Shown here: one piece after another, positions 12,373 to 24,984 of the stretch
How positions within the stretch are numbered: the stretch's first letter is position 1
Layout: each line of letters begins with the position of its first letter
From: Octopus sinensis
Lineage: Eukaryota
DNA: 64,000 nt
Direction: 5' to 3'
Assembly (NCBI RefSeq): GCF_006345805.1
Contig: NC_042999.1
Coordinates: 159,154,001 to 159,218,000, forward strand
The notes under the pieces: model-generated
Told to the model about the DNA's origin: nothing
What the model saw: the letters and a program-made list of their open reading frames with translations, nothing else
Database searches by the model: none
Translations under genes and position numbers: made by a program

Positions 12373-13510
12373 TTAGCCGTCTATTTTCTGGCGGTCGATC
12401 CATGCCTGGGTGTGTCTATACCAACGAACACAATTTTCTGGAGTGTTAGTGTCGATGTTGTATCACCTTGCGACCTGTTGTATTACATATGCTCGCCGTT
12501 CGTCCATGGTCATGCCGGGTTCTTCTGCAACTGCCCGGTAGCCAACCCTTGGCTGCAGCTCAGCTCGAGCAAGATCCCGCTTGACAGCCGACTTAAAATC
12601 AGAATGCGCCATTTCTGGACAATTAAGAAAAAGGCGAGTAGGAAGGCAGGAGTTTCAGACTGCTCCATGAGTTGGCGTCGGCTGGGAGCTCGGCACGAAC
12701 ATGTAGCCGCACGTTGTCATATAATTCAAGGAGACGGATTCATTTGATGGAAACAGGTCAGCACATGATCGAACTGTTTCCCCCAAGAACTCCTCGGAAG
12801 AGTTTCGTGTAATGGTATCGTTCGCAATGGCGTGGTGAACCAGGCCGATTACTTTCGACACCGCGAACGTGATGTTGCAGTTTTTCCCAAGCTGACCGTT
12901 GACAACTCAGTGAACAGGAGCACCTCGAAAACTCGTCCAAAAGACCGCCTGGTTCAAATGTTGCACCCACATTCATCAATGAATACGCAAATGCCGACGA
13001 CTCCCTCTTCCATGAACTAATACGCTTACTCATAACGCTTTTCCAGAGTTTTGGGGGCATTTCTTATATCCGGGACGTCTTCGGCCAACGTCATAGTTAT
13101 ATCAGTATTCCATCTTGAGCCCGTGAAATTGCAGACACGGAAACAGGCGGCTTCCAGGCAATGCTGCCTCTAAGACCCTCTTCATTCGTTGAAGAGTTGC
13201 GAGTCGGTCGGCACCAATAATCACCTGAAGCCTGGCTCACATTTCCTCATCAACCTTAACATGGTGGGCACCTCCTCTGAGCAATATATGAAGCCTCCCA
13301 GACCGTATGTAGGTCACTACTATGGATCGGGCAGTATTCCTTTTAATGCCAAATGTGTCTGCCAGTTACAAGTAATTAGTCTGATGCTCCATGTGAGGAC
13401 CACAAGACTACAGTATCCAACATTACCATTTCTTTGACCATTGCATAGAGATTTCTCTGCTACTTCTAGCAAGCAGCGTGCCCAAGTAGATCTTGCTTTC
13501 CCGTTCGTGT
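12373..13510 (-). pseudogene. IS630-like Tc1/mariner transposase pseudogene
   Basis: LADTFGIKRNTARSIV (HTH); VFIDECGCNI*TRRSFGR (first D); YDNVRLH (second D); LLPSYSPF...PEMAHSDFKSAVKRDL (E region); disrupted; TIRs not identified. Confidence 0.8.
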
Positions 13511-14939
13511 TACCGTAGTTTGTGTATATATCGTACGTATTAGTAGCATACAATTAGTGAATTATAGTATGTATTAGTACCGTGCACGTATAATATGTAT
13601 TAAAAGTATAAAATAATTTAAGTAAAATATAATTTACAGGACGCTGGAATAATTTTCGTATAATACAAAGACAAGGAAGTAATCAGGATTCGCGACAAAC
13701 CATATGTAAGACTATGGATCCCATTATTTAGGAAATATATTCAAAGAATGCATTTTTCATCAAAATTATACTCATGCTTATTGCTGCATTTGTTCGCAGT
13801 ACCCAAAGTTAAGAATGAAGATTTGATAAGAAATATTTATCGGTAGCTTGGACAAGAACTGGACTATATGAATTGAATTATATCCAGCTCAACACGATGT
13901 AATTTTCCAGCCATATATAAAGCAAGTATATAAACATTTGGAGTATTCTGTATTTACCTGATAGTTACTTTTTCAAATATTATGGATGAATATTCTTTTA
14001 AATTGTTAACGATTGACAAGTTAAATACTCAATCGTACCATGTATAAAAATCATTGGCATCAAATCTGACGACAAAGATTTTAAGTAGTTAGAAATAATT
14101 ACTGTTCGAATACTGTACACGAAATCAAAGTTGATTAAGCGCATAGTTTAGGTGTTTCCAGCAATTAAAATTACACTACCATTATAATAAATGCGATTTG
14201 GCTTTGATAGATTGTTGAATTAAAAAGAAATATTCCAATGATTTGAAATATGTTCCAGGTGTGAGTGTTACGAATATGAATTTTGCTTCCATTATATAGA
14301 TGCAAATATATGTCAAACTTTTGCCAAACCCAGCGACATCACTCAAATTCTTGACGTGTCTTTGAAAAGTTTCTGTTTGATTCAGTTATTCTATTATGCA
14401 TATCTTCCAGGAATATTTTGGCTGAATTTCTGTTGAGTACCTGAATAAAACATTTTACAACCAATAATATAACGAATAAGTGCTTATCAGATTTTCTACC
14501 ATATTACAAAGAGATAAATAAAAATCAATATTTGTTTTAGTTTAGTATACACATACTCGAACGCACATATACATATATGGACATACGTACATATGTGTGT
14601 GTGTGCGTATAAAACAGCATTTGTAATAGATAAAATATTGAACGCTGCAGACACTATATACTGATAAGGATATATGCGATTGAATGGGCACCAAAGGTAG
14701 TTGAATATTTATTCTAAATTTTTCAAAGAATTTTAAGTAATGAGTCAGACACATTGTGAATACATAAAATTATATTGTGAATTATACTTTTTCTCGTGAT
14801 TAAAACACATACGTAGATAGGAAGATAGGCACATATTCGGTACATATCCAAATGCATAGCAGAAAAAAATTGCAGATGCTTAGTGTTTTATGTATATATT
14901 AATATCCACAATTATCTATAGTCACTCTTATCAGTAGCT

Positions 14940-15330
14940 CCTCCAGTTTTTCTGTCACCAATCACGTGCTCCACCTCTTCAACTCCACATCCTGGTTACT
15001 CCCATCTATTTCATGATGGATCTAAAATCCCTCTATAATATTATACCACATCTCGTGCAATTCGCTGTTTTCAAGTATTTTCTGGAACGCCACACATGGG
15101 CTCAGTACTTGTCGCTACCTCTACCTTACTGAATTTGTTTTCATCCCTACCAGTTTCTGGTTGTTGAAAATTTCTGCTAGCAATATGTACTTCAAATTCC
15201 ACCTTTTCTACTCTCCTCACACATGAGCTATATGGTCGTTATGTCGATGCTTCAATTGGCATTATCTTCCTTAACTCTGAATTGATAATCTCCTTTATTG
15301 CCCTTCTTCACTCTTTCTCTACAACCTTAG
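14940..15330 (+). pseudogene. Highly decayed Penelope RT fragment
   Basis: FMMDLKSLYNIIPH (about MDV.SLYT.IP) at ~15010-15050 and ELYGRYVDASIGI (about RYIDDCIG) at ~15225-15263. Confidence 0.62.
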
Positions 15331-17468
15331 CATAGGTCACTACTTTCTCTGCTATTAACTTCCAAACCATCTTTGTTTCTATTAGCCTCTCTCCTTCCGT
15401 ACTTTAAAGATCTATTCATTGCACTCCCAGTGAATCTATCTTCTACTTATGCTTCTTCCGCTTCCTCTGAAAGATGTTTTCGAGAATAAGTCGCATCAAG
15501 TTGTCCACCACTTCTTACAATGCCAGTGACCAGTGACGTTGCGCATTGTGATGTTTTCATTTAAGATCGTACTTTCTGTATTTTGCCCTATAGCTGTTTC
15601 ACTACAATCTTCTTTGGCGTTTGCCTTGTTCGACACGCTCAGCACATCTTATAACAAAGTATACGTCCACTCTAATCCAAAACTTATAGTCTCACATTTT
15701 TCTGAAACATATCTCTACTTCTTCAAATGCAATAGCACTGTAAATAATCTGTAAGCCTATAAGTCAGCTTCTCGTTATCACCCATAAAACACAAACTGAG
15801 TCGTTCGTATGCTCCCGTTTCCTTCATCAGAAACATCACTGCACAATATGGATCTAGTTTGTAATTCAATTTGATTACGTTTTCACGCACCTCCAAGAAT
15901 GCCATACACTGTACCACATGCCAGGCCAGGTCTGTAGCTTATTGCATCTAAGTAACAATGACCCGAAATTGGCTGATCGTTTTAGGGCAAATTAGTTACA
16001 CGTTCGACGTGACAACGTCAAATCACTCAGGCTTGGCTCAACACTGGAATTTTCTAGCAACTATAAGAAACATTTTACAGTTTTGGGGTTTGTATAAGAG
16101 CATCAACAACTGTTTGACAAAATTGTCGCGAACAAGTAATCATCTGCTAAAGTACAAATACCCAGTCTCGTCTCAATTTTACTTACTTTCCTGAACACCA
16201 CCACCACAATATGAACTCAGATAAGCACCCATGCATATACTTCCTACACTCGTGCATTTTTGCTAATCCATGTATACACATTGCCACACAATAATCACAT
16301 GCTCGAAATCTTATGTCATGTCACGCTTTATTCGTATTACAGATTTACACTAAAATATTCGTATACACAAGTGCATACATCCGAACATAGCATTTTCATT
16401 TACTGATTGAAATTAAAAGGAGAGAACATCTACAGTACCCCTTCTTTATGACCACTTACAAATGTTATCTTCTCTTCCAGATGAAGCCTAACTACATTTC
16501 AAATTATAAATACCAAATCTACTTGACATTTTCTTTTCATCAACAATGTTAATTAGCCAATGTTCCCATGATAAATTAATACTTAGAATTAAACGGATGA
16601 TGTTAGTTTGTCTACTTAATTTAAAATGCTAATCAACTACAGAATATATATTCCATTAGCATTCTTTTTAGAAATAAATATTTAAGTACATTTAATTCCC
16701 TTTAAGATTATATAAATGAAAAGCGAAGGGAAAATTCTGAAGTATCTGGCCTGTCGAGAGATGCAATACATCAAAGCACCATGTGTTTATGTGTGCGTGT
16801 GTGTGTACGTGTCTGTGTACGTGTGTGTTTGTGTTTGTGTGCGTGTCTGTATGTCTGTCTGTGTGAGTTTTCATACATATACATCTATCCATCTAAAGTA
16901 TATGCATTTCTACTCATATATATATATTAAATTAGAGATAAAACCACTATTAGGCAAATCAAAGTGAAAATCATAAGCCAATACATAGAAATAAAATTAA
17001 TTAAAAAATATAAAATATAAAAAATATAAAATTCCAAATTAAAATAATTAAATTAAAGTCAAAATTTTAAAAATTATTTAAATAATTTAAACTTATAAAT
17101 TTTAAATATATATATATATATATTATTAGTGAATTGAAGAAATGGAGTTGAACGAAGATTGACCAGAATTCCTTTTATTGCATTCTACACATGTTTCAAA
17201 AGCCACAATTTTCCAAATTCTTATTAAATAAGGATACCATGTTGTGGCTTTCTCTTCAGGAAAAAAATAGGAATTCCGTTGGCAGAACAAAACAGAACAG
17301 AGGCGCAGCAAAGCAATTTGAACGAGGAGGCTCTTTAAGAGCCCATGGCTGACTGATTATCAATGTACGTTGAAATCGGGTGGTGGGTGCGTTGAAGATA
17401 TTTACAGGTCAGGCGGCGGTCAAATCCAGTAGGTGAGAGCAAGGGGTGTGGAGATGTTCTGTGTGACC

Positions 17469-17623
17469 AAAACTAAAATTCTGAATATTTTAAGAATACT
17501 GGGTGTATTTTTTGGGGGCGAGACAAAAAATACACCCAGTATTTTTTGTATTTTTTGTGTATTTTTTGTCACGCCCCCAAAAAATACACCCAGTATTCTT
17601 AAAATATTCAGAATTTTAGTTTT
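17469..17623. repeat. Nested palindrome (67-bp arms, 21-nt spacer)
   Basis: 17469-17535 is the reverse complement of 17557-17623 with one mismatch; inner hairpin ctgggtgtatttttt/aaaaaatacacccag. Confidence 0.92.
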
Positions 17624-17814
17624 TTTTTTTTTTATATAACTATCAAAAGTAATACAAAAGTTAGTGTAACTTATTTAGTTAGCGTATGTCGTTCAAATTG
17701 TACTAATCTAATACCAGATGAGTAACACTTATATCTTTTCTATGATTTTCATACATATACGTATTGGTGATAATTATTCCAGTCGTATATTTGTATGTGT
17801 GTACCTATGTTTGT

Positions 17815-17837
17815 GTGTGTGTGTGTGTGCGTGTGTT

Positions 17838-17900
<63 letters not shown>
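17815..17900. repeat. (TG)n microsatellite
   Basis: Visible directly. Confidence 0.95.
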
Positions 17901-17901
<1 letters not shown>

Positions 17902-18134
17902 TAATCTCAACGAAATTTTCTTGAGAGATTAAAGAGCTGCCATACTTAGAGTAACTTAAACGGAAAGAAATGACAGCAGATGATTTGGGTTAATATGTTT
18001 TCCTTGTCTTGAAGATGTGTTTAAAGCTCTCAGTAGAAAAGAGAATCTGTTAATAGTATGTATGGTACAGTATTTCTTGTTTAAGTTGAACAGAGAAGAG
18101 TAAACAAATCTCAGCAAATACAAGGGTTTGTATA

Positions 18135-18532
18135 TCTTTATATATAAAAGTGAAGTTGTGTGTCTGTCTCCTACGATTTAGATTCCTAACTACTCCCACA
18201 TTTTGCGGTGCAGTTTAACCAAAACCGGGTATCTTATAGTCGTGATTCATATCGAGCCCTTCTGGGTATTAGCGCGCGTCTACGATGAGTCTACGATTTA
18301 AAAAAAATTTTGCCATCATCTTTTTCCATTTTAATGCATTTTTTTCGCTATTATATAAGGAAAGTAACTCTCTAAAAATGTGTACGATGAGTCAACGATT
18401 AAAAGAAAAAATACCATCATTTTTTTTCCATTTTTAATGCATTTTTTTGCTATTTTTTGGCTATAACTCTCTAAAAATGCTTATATAGTTATTTCCCTTA
18501 CAAACCCGAGCAACGCCGGGCGATACTGCTAG
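18135..18532 (+). mobile_element. Non-autonomous Helitron, family 1, two internal units
   Basis: A|TC start, same hairpin, CTAG|T end; highly similar to 4613-5107. Confidence 0.87.
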
Positions 18533-18911
18533 TACTCTATAAATTGAGAAAGTGACCAACCTGCGACCGATGTGGGTGACTTTCTCGTAATATACAGAAG
18601 CCAAGTGAAATAGCGATACAGAAGCCAAGGCTAGGTAAGTAGAGATTTCTTTCAGCAATAACAAAACCAACTCGAAAGAACATGTTGCTTGCCGGAGTAA
18701 ACGGAACGATCCAAAATATTAGAGACAGCGAAATTTTCCTGCAAATATAAATAATATTAATAAAATGTTATTAACATAACGCACAAAAGAAAAATTAGAG
18801 ATACTTTCTAAATAGTTGATTTAATATAAATAATAGTGCAAAAGAGAAAACTCTAGACTAGTATAGCTCTTGGTTTAGTTTTCTATCCCACACACTCACA
18901 TGCATTTCTAT

Positions 18912-19323
18912 CAGGAGTGGCTGTGTGATAAGTAGTTTGTTTACCAACCACATGGTTCTGGGTACAGTCCCGTTGCGTGGCATCTTGGGGAAGTGTCTTC
19001 TACTATAGCCTCGGGTCGACCAAAGCCTTGTGAGTGGATTTGGTAGATGGAAACTGAAAGAAGCCCGTCGTATATATGTATATATATATACATGCGTGTG
19101 TGTGTTTGTGTGTCTGTGTCTGTCCACCTAACATTGCTTGACAACCGATGCTGGTGTGTTTATGTCCCCGTTACTTAGCGGTTCGGCAAAAGAGACCGAT
19201 AGAATAAGTACTGGGCTTACAAAAGAATAAGTCCCGGGGTCGAGTTGCTCGATTAAAGGCGGTGCTCCAGCATGACCGCAGTCAAATGACTGAAACAAGT
19301 AAAAGAGTAAAGAGTAAAGAGAG
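18912..19323 (+). mobile_element. SINE family A
   Basis: Homologous to 2086-2490. Confidence 0.92.
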
Positions 19324-19587
19324 ATATCAATTGTATTATGTATTCATTCACTTCATTATCAGTTGTTTGCCGACCACTACGTTGCACGAGATGATAGAGC
19401 ACGATATAAATAACAGTACCAGCTTAACACATACACACTCTCGTTTAGTTGCGCGCATATACGCGTGTATGAATATTGACAGATAGATACATACACATAA
19501 ATACTTATTATACACATATACCTACAAGAATACATACATACATACTTACGCAATCACACACGCGATATATATATATATATATATATA

Positions 19588-20307
19588 TATCAGTAACAAT
19601 AAAGGGTGAAATTAATTAATTTGGAATAATTATTAATTACACCAAGTAGATTTCGGCATGTAAAAGCCTCATTCGAGGAAAATTTAAGTAATACTAAGCA
19701 ATTAAGGGTTTAGCAACGAATTGCCTCACCAACACACCGAATTTAGAAATACATGCCGAAATCTACTTGGTGTAATTAATAATTATTCCAAATTAATTAA
19801 TTTCACCCTTTATTGTTACTGATAACCATATTTTATCCCAGTAAATGACCACAGCATCTTGTCTTGGCTACACGCGGGTGGAAGGGGGCTGGTGACACAA
19901 ACTTTCATTCACACTTTGAATTTCGTGGTACTGGTCATGCTTTGGCTCGCTCTGACACTGAGTTGAGATAATGCCTTCTAGTATCTCAAACTTTTATATA
20001 CAATTATTCATAATTGTAGTATCCTACGCCGATGAGAAAAGAAGTTTGGGTAAGGTAGAATTTTCTAATTCTTATGCTTTCCTAAAACTTGATTTCGAAA
20101 CGTACGTCCGTAGGTAACTTAAAATTGTATGATAGATTGCCGTCATTTCATTCTTTCTTATCTGTCTGTGTTTGTCTTTCAAGTGCTGTGTTTTTACTGA
20201 GATCTCCCTTTTAGTAGAAGGAATAGCTATATCTCTTTGACTGCTATTTCTAAATTCGGTGTGTTGGTGAGGCAATTCGTTGCTAAACCCTTAATTGCTT
20301 AGTATTA
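19588..20307 (+). mobile_element. PLE pLTR-derived element with 5' inversion
   Basis: 19588-19661 is the reverse complement of 19751-19824; 19689-19750 is the reverse complement of 20246-20307; both ends lie in (TA)n; contains an HHR. Confidence 0.75.
20023..20114 (+). ncRNA. Type I hammerhead fold, core CCGAUGA, long helix II
   Basis: CCUACG-CCGAUGA-[~60-nt imperfect hairpin GAAA...UUUC]-GAAA-C guac GUC^-CGUAGG; helix III palindrome ACGUACGU; predicted cut after 20108. Confidence 0.72.
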
Positions 20308-20329
20308 TATATATATATATATATATATA

Positions 20330-20562
20330 TCGAGGAAGATCAAAGAGGAAAAGGATCCCATCAACTTTAAACGGAGTCTGGATAGATTCCTTCAAAGAAT
20401 ACCAGATAAGCCACCTATAATTGGATACAACTCACCCAACAAGAACTCACTACTTGAACAAAACTTGACTTAAACAGGATTCGAATAATCCTATCAGGTG
20501 GTGCTATTAAGTTAGACATGGCCTGGACCAATCTTTGGTCGAAACATATCTAAGTTTAGATA
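20330..20562 (+). mobile_element. CR1/L2-like LINE 3' end
   Basis: IKEEKDPINFKRSLDRFLQRIPDKPPIIGYNSPNKNSLLEQ (FK..LD.FL..IPD.P...GY...NSL motif) followed by a short 3' UTR. Confidence 0.7.
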
Positions 20563-20637
20563 TATATATAACAATTCTTTTGCGTTATAAGATAAAAACC
20601 AAGGCTGTGTAGATATTAGAGCATTTATAGTTAGAAG

Positions 20638-20689
20638 GTCTTACAGCTGTTTCCAGGATATTTATTAATTATATCCCTTCATCGGAGAC
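20638..20689 (-). ncRNA. Minimal type I hammerhead fold, core CCGAUGA, in a PLE remnant (~20570-20820)
   Basis: Minus strand: GUCU-CCGAUGA-AGGGAUAU aauuaauaa AUAUCCUG-GAAA-C agcu GUA^-AGAC; helix III palindrome ACAGCUGU; first helix II position is an A.G mismatch. Confidence 0.62.
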
Positions 20690-20822
20690 GGTGTGGGAGG
20701 ATGGTTAAGTCATAGTTAGTTTAGATGTGATACAAAACGGAAAGTGAGGTAGAGGAAAGCACTTATTCAGCATTATCTGACACCTTTGGGTCTCAATGAC
20801 ACCATTATCTCTTATAACCTCA

Positions 20823-20863
<41 letters not shown>

Positions 20864-20930
20864 CTACATATAACATGCACAAACATACATACATACACAC
20901 ACACAAACACACACACACAGACACGCACAG

Positions 20931-20963
<33 letters not shown>

Positions 20964-21503
20964 CATATAACGCATTAAAATAAAGAATATCACCGAATTT
21001 ATGCATTTTTTTTTTTCGTTTTTTAAGTTCTTGAAACTGAAGCACAATTATGCATCAAATATAAATAAGACAGTTTCAAAATTTCTTAACTACAAGTTAC
21101 AAATATTTACATTGAAATAAAAAGAAACCTTATATTTAAAATGCCGTAAGTATTTTATTTAAAATTCACATTAAAATTTCTCTTTTAAGCTTTGTTGTTT
21201 TACCAAAATACTTCGAAATCTTGCATAATTTTATAAATACAAGAATTATCTCTTGAGTAAAGCAATTTTTTGTGGAAGTGTTCAAACAATGAAAAAAGAA
21301 TAATTTAAATTCTATGCATATTCTATATTAAAATTTCTATGCTGTGTCGTTCAATATGTAAGTAACTTTTCCTTCATCAAAAAGCTAAGTGGTAGCTCGT
21401 TACAGTATAACTAACAATGTTAGTTTTGGACTACTTTTTTACGTAGTATAAAACTAGATATATGAAAGCTGAAATACTGATATTTTAATCTTAAATCGTC
21501 ATC

Positions 21504-21506
21504 TTT

Positions 21507-21550
<44 letters not shown>

Positions 21551-21551
21551 T

Positions 21552-21604
<53 letters not shown>

Positions 21605-21608
21605 CATT
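21504..21608. repeat. (ATC)n microsatellite
   Basis: Visible directly. Confidence 0.95.
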
Positions 21609-21624
21609 ATTTCTCTTTATCACA

Positions 21625-22455
21625 GGTTCTGTTGGAGCTCCTGGGGTCTTGTATGCGTAGAGGACTTACTACCTGCAGCCTATGCTACCATGCTATCCAT
21701 TCTTTTCAGCTATCTAAAACTTACCTTATTATTCCGGCCGTGTCAATGAGGCAAACCTTTTTTAACACTGGGCACTCTAATCCAATCTCCTTTATATTCC
21801 CCTAGGTGCCTTCTGATACTGTTCTAAAGGATCCAACAATAACTGGCACTATCTTCATCTTCGTTTTCCATAGCCGGGTTATTTCTTACGTAAGAGGGTT
21901 CTACTTATCTATCTTTTCGCCTTCCTTCTTGACTATTTGTGGGTCAAAGGGGTATGCATCATAAACTATATAGCATATGTGCTGCATCTTGTCCACTACC
22001 ACTAGATCCGGTCTGTTATGCTCTAGCCCCTGATCTGCTTGGATTGGGTAATCCCGAAAGATGTTCCTAGGCTCCGACTCCACCACTCTCTGCGGTTTGT
22101 GCTCATACCACTTCTTGTCTCTCTCTAACACCCACTTTTCGCGCACTTTTCAATGTAGCACTTTCGCTACCTCATCGTGTCGCCACAACTTGTAGTGATT
22201 TTGAGCAAGTCAAGAGCATTCGTTCGTGATATGGGTAATGGTTTCATCCAGTCTATTGCAGATGCGGGACATCGAAGACCTTGGCTCATTCAGAAGGTTG
22301 ACTCTCCAGTTCGTTGCCAAAGCTGGTTTTCCGCTGCCAATTTGGTGTTCTTGGTCGCTTTTTTTAGCGTTCCTTTCATAAGCCATTCCCACCTGTTTCT
22401 TCCAGCAACTTATGTTGTGGCTGTTAAAATTTTTCTATAGTCTCTTCTTGCGTAA
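21625..22455 (-). mobile_element. R4/Dong-like RLE non-LTR element, 3' fragment
   Basis: RICNRLDETITHITNEC (CCHC), RHDEVAKVLH, WYEHKPQRVVE...IQADQGLEHNRPDLVVVDK...PFD...KEGEKIDK (RLE domain); 3' UTR runs into (GAT)n. Confidence 0.88.
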
Positions 22456-22469
22456 CTCTTCTTCATATC

Positions 22470-22471
<2 letters not shown>

Positions 22472-22524
<53 letters not shown>

Positions 22525-22705
22525 CATTATTATTTTATTGTTGTTATTGTTATTGTTATTATTATTATTATTATAATTATTATTATTATTATTATTATTA
22601 CTATTATTGTTATTGTTGTTATTATTATTATTATTACTATTACTATTATTATTATTATTTTTATTTTTATTATTATTATTATTTTTATTATTACTATTAT
22701 TGTTG

Positions 22706-22736
<31 letters not shown>

Positions 22737-22765
22737 CATTATTATTTTTATTATTACTATTATTG

Positions 22766-22799
<34 letters not shown>

Positions 22800-22825
22800 C
22801 ATTATTATTTTTATTATTACTATTA

Positions 22826-22889
<64 letters not shown>
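22472..22889. repeat. Long imperfect (ATT)n tract
   Basis: Visible directly; explains the poly-I and poly-L ORFs. Confidence 0.97.
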
Positions 22890-22920
22890 TTAAAGCAGCT
22901 AGCTGGCAGAATGTAAACAG

Positions 22921-23420
22921 GGCTTCTTATCTTAACTGATTGGAAGTGTTATCATGTACATTGTTTTATCTTGGTATACCAAGATAGGCTACTTCAATTA
23001 ACTTGCTCAATACTGCAGATTTGCTTGTAAGCTGTTTGACCTCAACCAGTTGAGCATGTAATTTGGTGGCTGACGATATGTGCATGTCTGATCAGCAGCA
23101 GAAGTAGTGGAGAAGCAGCATAACTATGTGTTGAGAAGAATTCTTCGGGCTTTGAATAATTCACTTCTGGAAACTTTTAACATCCTTAATTAACCCTTCT
23201 TCGGGGGCCTTTTGAGCCGGATGGGCTATTCGACCTGAAGAAAATTCTAACAGTCGCCACCTTAAAGGTCATGCGCTGTTTATCTTGATATAAGATCAGC
23301 ATGGTTTTGATGTATGTGTCTTGTGTTCTCTTATCAGACGGCTAGGCCTGATGGGTATTCTGGGTTTCGTATATTTTACTCCAGTGTCACTTTGATGGTA
23401 TGCACTGCACTCCGACCGAG
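22921..23420 (+). repeat. Unclassified ~550-bp interspersed repeat, copy 1 (5' truncated)
   Basis: Colinear with 23446-23996; ends in (AAT)n. Confidence 0.8.
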
Positions 23421-23445
23421 TAATAATAATAATAATAATAATAAT

Positions 23446-23996
23446 GATGCAGTACCAGGCAGTGGCTCTCATGGCTTCTGATCTTAACTGATTTGAAGTG
23501 TTATCATGTACGTTGTTTTGTCTTGGTACAAAAGATGGGCTACAGCAAATATTCTGCTCAATACCACAGATTTGCTTGTCAGTTGTTTGACCTTAAACAG
23601 TTGAGCATGTTCCTTGGTGGCTGACGATATGTGCATCTCTGATCACGAGCAGAAGTAGTGGGGGAGCATCATAACCATGTGTTGAGAGGGATTCTTTGGG
23701 GTTTGAATAATTCACCTCTGGAAACATGGGTGTTTCCTTCAACATCCTTAAACAACCCTTATTCAGGGACCTTTCGAGTGGGATGGGTTACTCAACCTGA
23801 AGAAAATTCTAACTGGGCCCCACCTGCAAGGTCATGTGCTGTTTATCTTGATATGAGATCACCATGCCACGCACATATGATTTTGATGCATGTGTCTTGT
23901 GTTCTCTTATCAGACGGCTAGGCCTGATGGGTATTCTGGGTTTCGTATATTTCACTCCAGTGTCACTTTGATGGGATGCACTGCACTCCGACTCAG
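23446..23996 (+). repeat. Unclassified ~550-bp interspersed repeat, copy 2
   Basis: gatgcagtaccaggcagtgg...gcactgcactccgactcag, with (AAT)n on both sides. Confidence 0.8.
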
Positions 23997-23998
23997 TA

Positions 23999-24113
<115 letters not shown>

Positions 24114-24154
24114 TGATGATGATGATGATGTTGATGATGTTGATGATGATGATG

Positions 24155-24984
24155 CCAACTTTGGAATAACATCTGGGTCAAGAAGTTTCCCACAACCACA
24201 GTGCTGGGTGGATTCATTCGTGAGATCCGAACCCCATCACCCGGAGGCTCTACGACAGGACCATGTGCGCATAACAATGGAAGATATAATTGGACAGGTA
24301 TCAAAGCTGCCAAACTGGAAAGCGGCAGTACCAGACAGAATTCGAGGCTACTGGCTCAAGTGGTTTAGGTCAACACACAAGAGAATTGCGTTGCAATTAG
24401 ACAATTGCCTATAGAGTGGTAGAGTTCCGGAGTGGATTCTAGAAAGAAAGACAACATTGTTGCTGAAAGATCGATCAAAAGGCAATGAGGTTGGTAATTA
24501 CCGACCTATTTCTTGTCTTAACCTCTTACGGAAAGTGTTAACAGGCATCCTAGCAGGGAAAATATATACGTTCCTTGCGGAAAATATTCTACTTCCAGTT
24601 GAACAAAAAGGATGCTGAACAGGATCTAAGGGCACCAAGGACCACTTTGAGATAGACAAGGTTATAATGAAGAACTGCAAACGATACCAAAAAATACTTG
24701 TGCATGACTTTGATAGACTTCAAAAAGACTTACGACATATTGTCGCATTCGTAGATTTTGGAAACTCTCGACATGTGTGGAATAGCTGAGAACGTATGTG
24801 CACTGATTAAGAACACTATACCTAGATGGAAAATACGTCTTTTCTGTAAGAACCAGCATTTAGACGAGGTAACAATAAAAAGAGGTATCTTCCAGGGAGA
24901 CTCTTGTTCACCTTTGTTATTTGTTATAGCCTTGATCCCACTTTCTGTTGTCTTGCGCACAGTCAACGCGCACTATGAGCTGAG

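Noticed and set aside
13958-14065. 108-nt minus-strand exon candidate with good splice signals
   Set aside because: Stop codons in all three frames; could only be non-coding, and nothing else supports it
15330-15950. Possible decayed LINE ORF1 on the minus strand
   Set aside because: Purine-rich and coding-like, but no motif I can name with confidence
17260-17432. Plus-strand exon candidate (ttcag|...tag|gtgaga)
   Set aside because: No frame is open throughout
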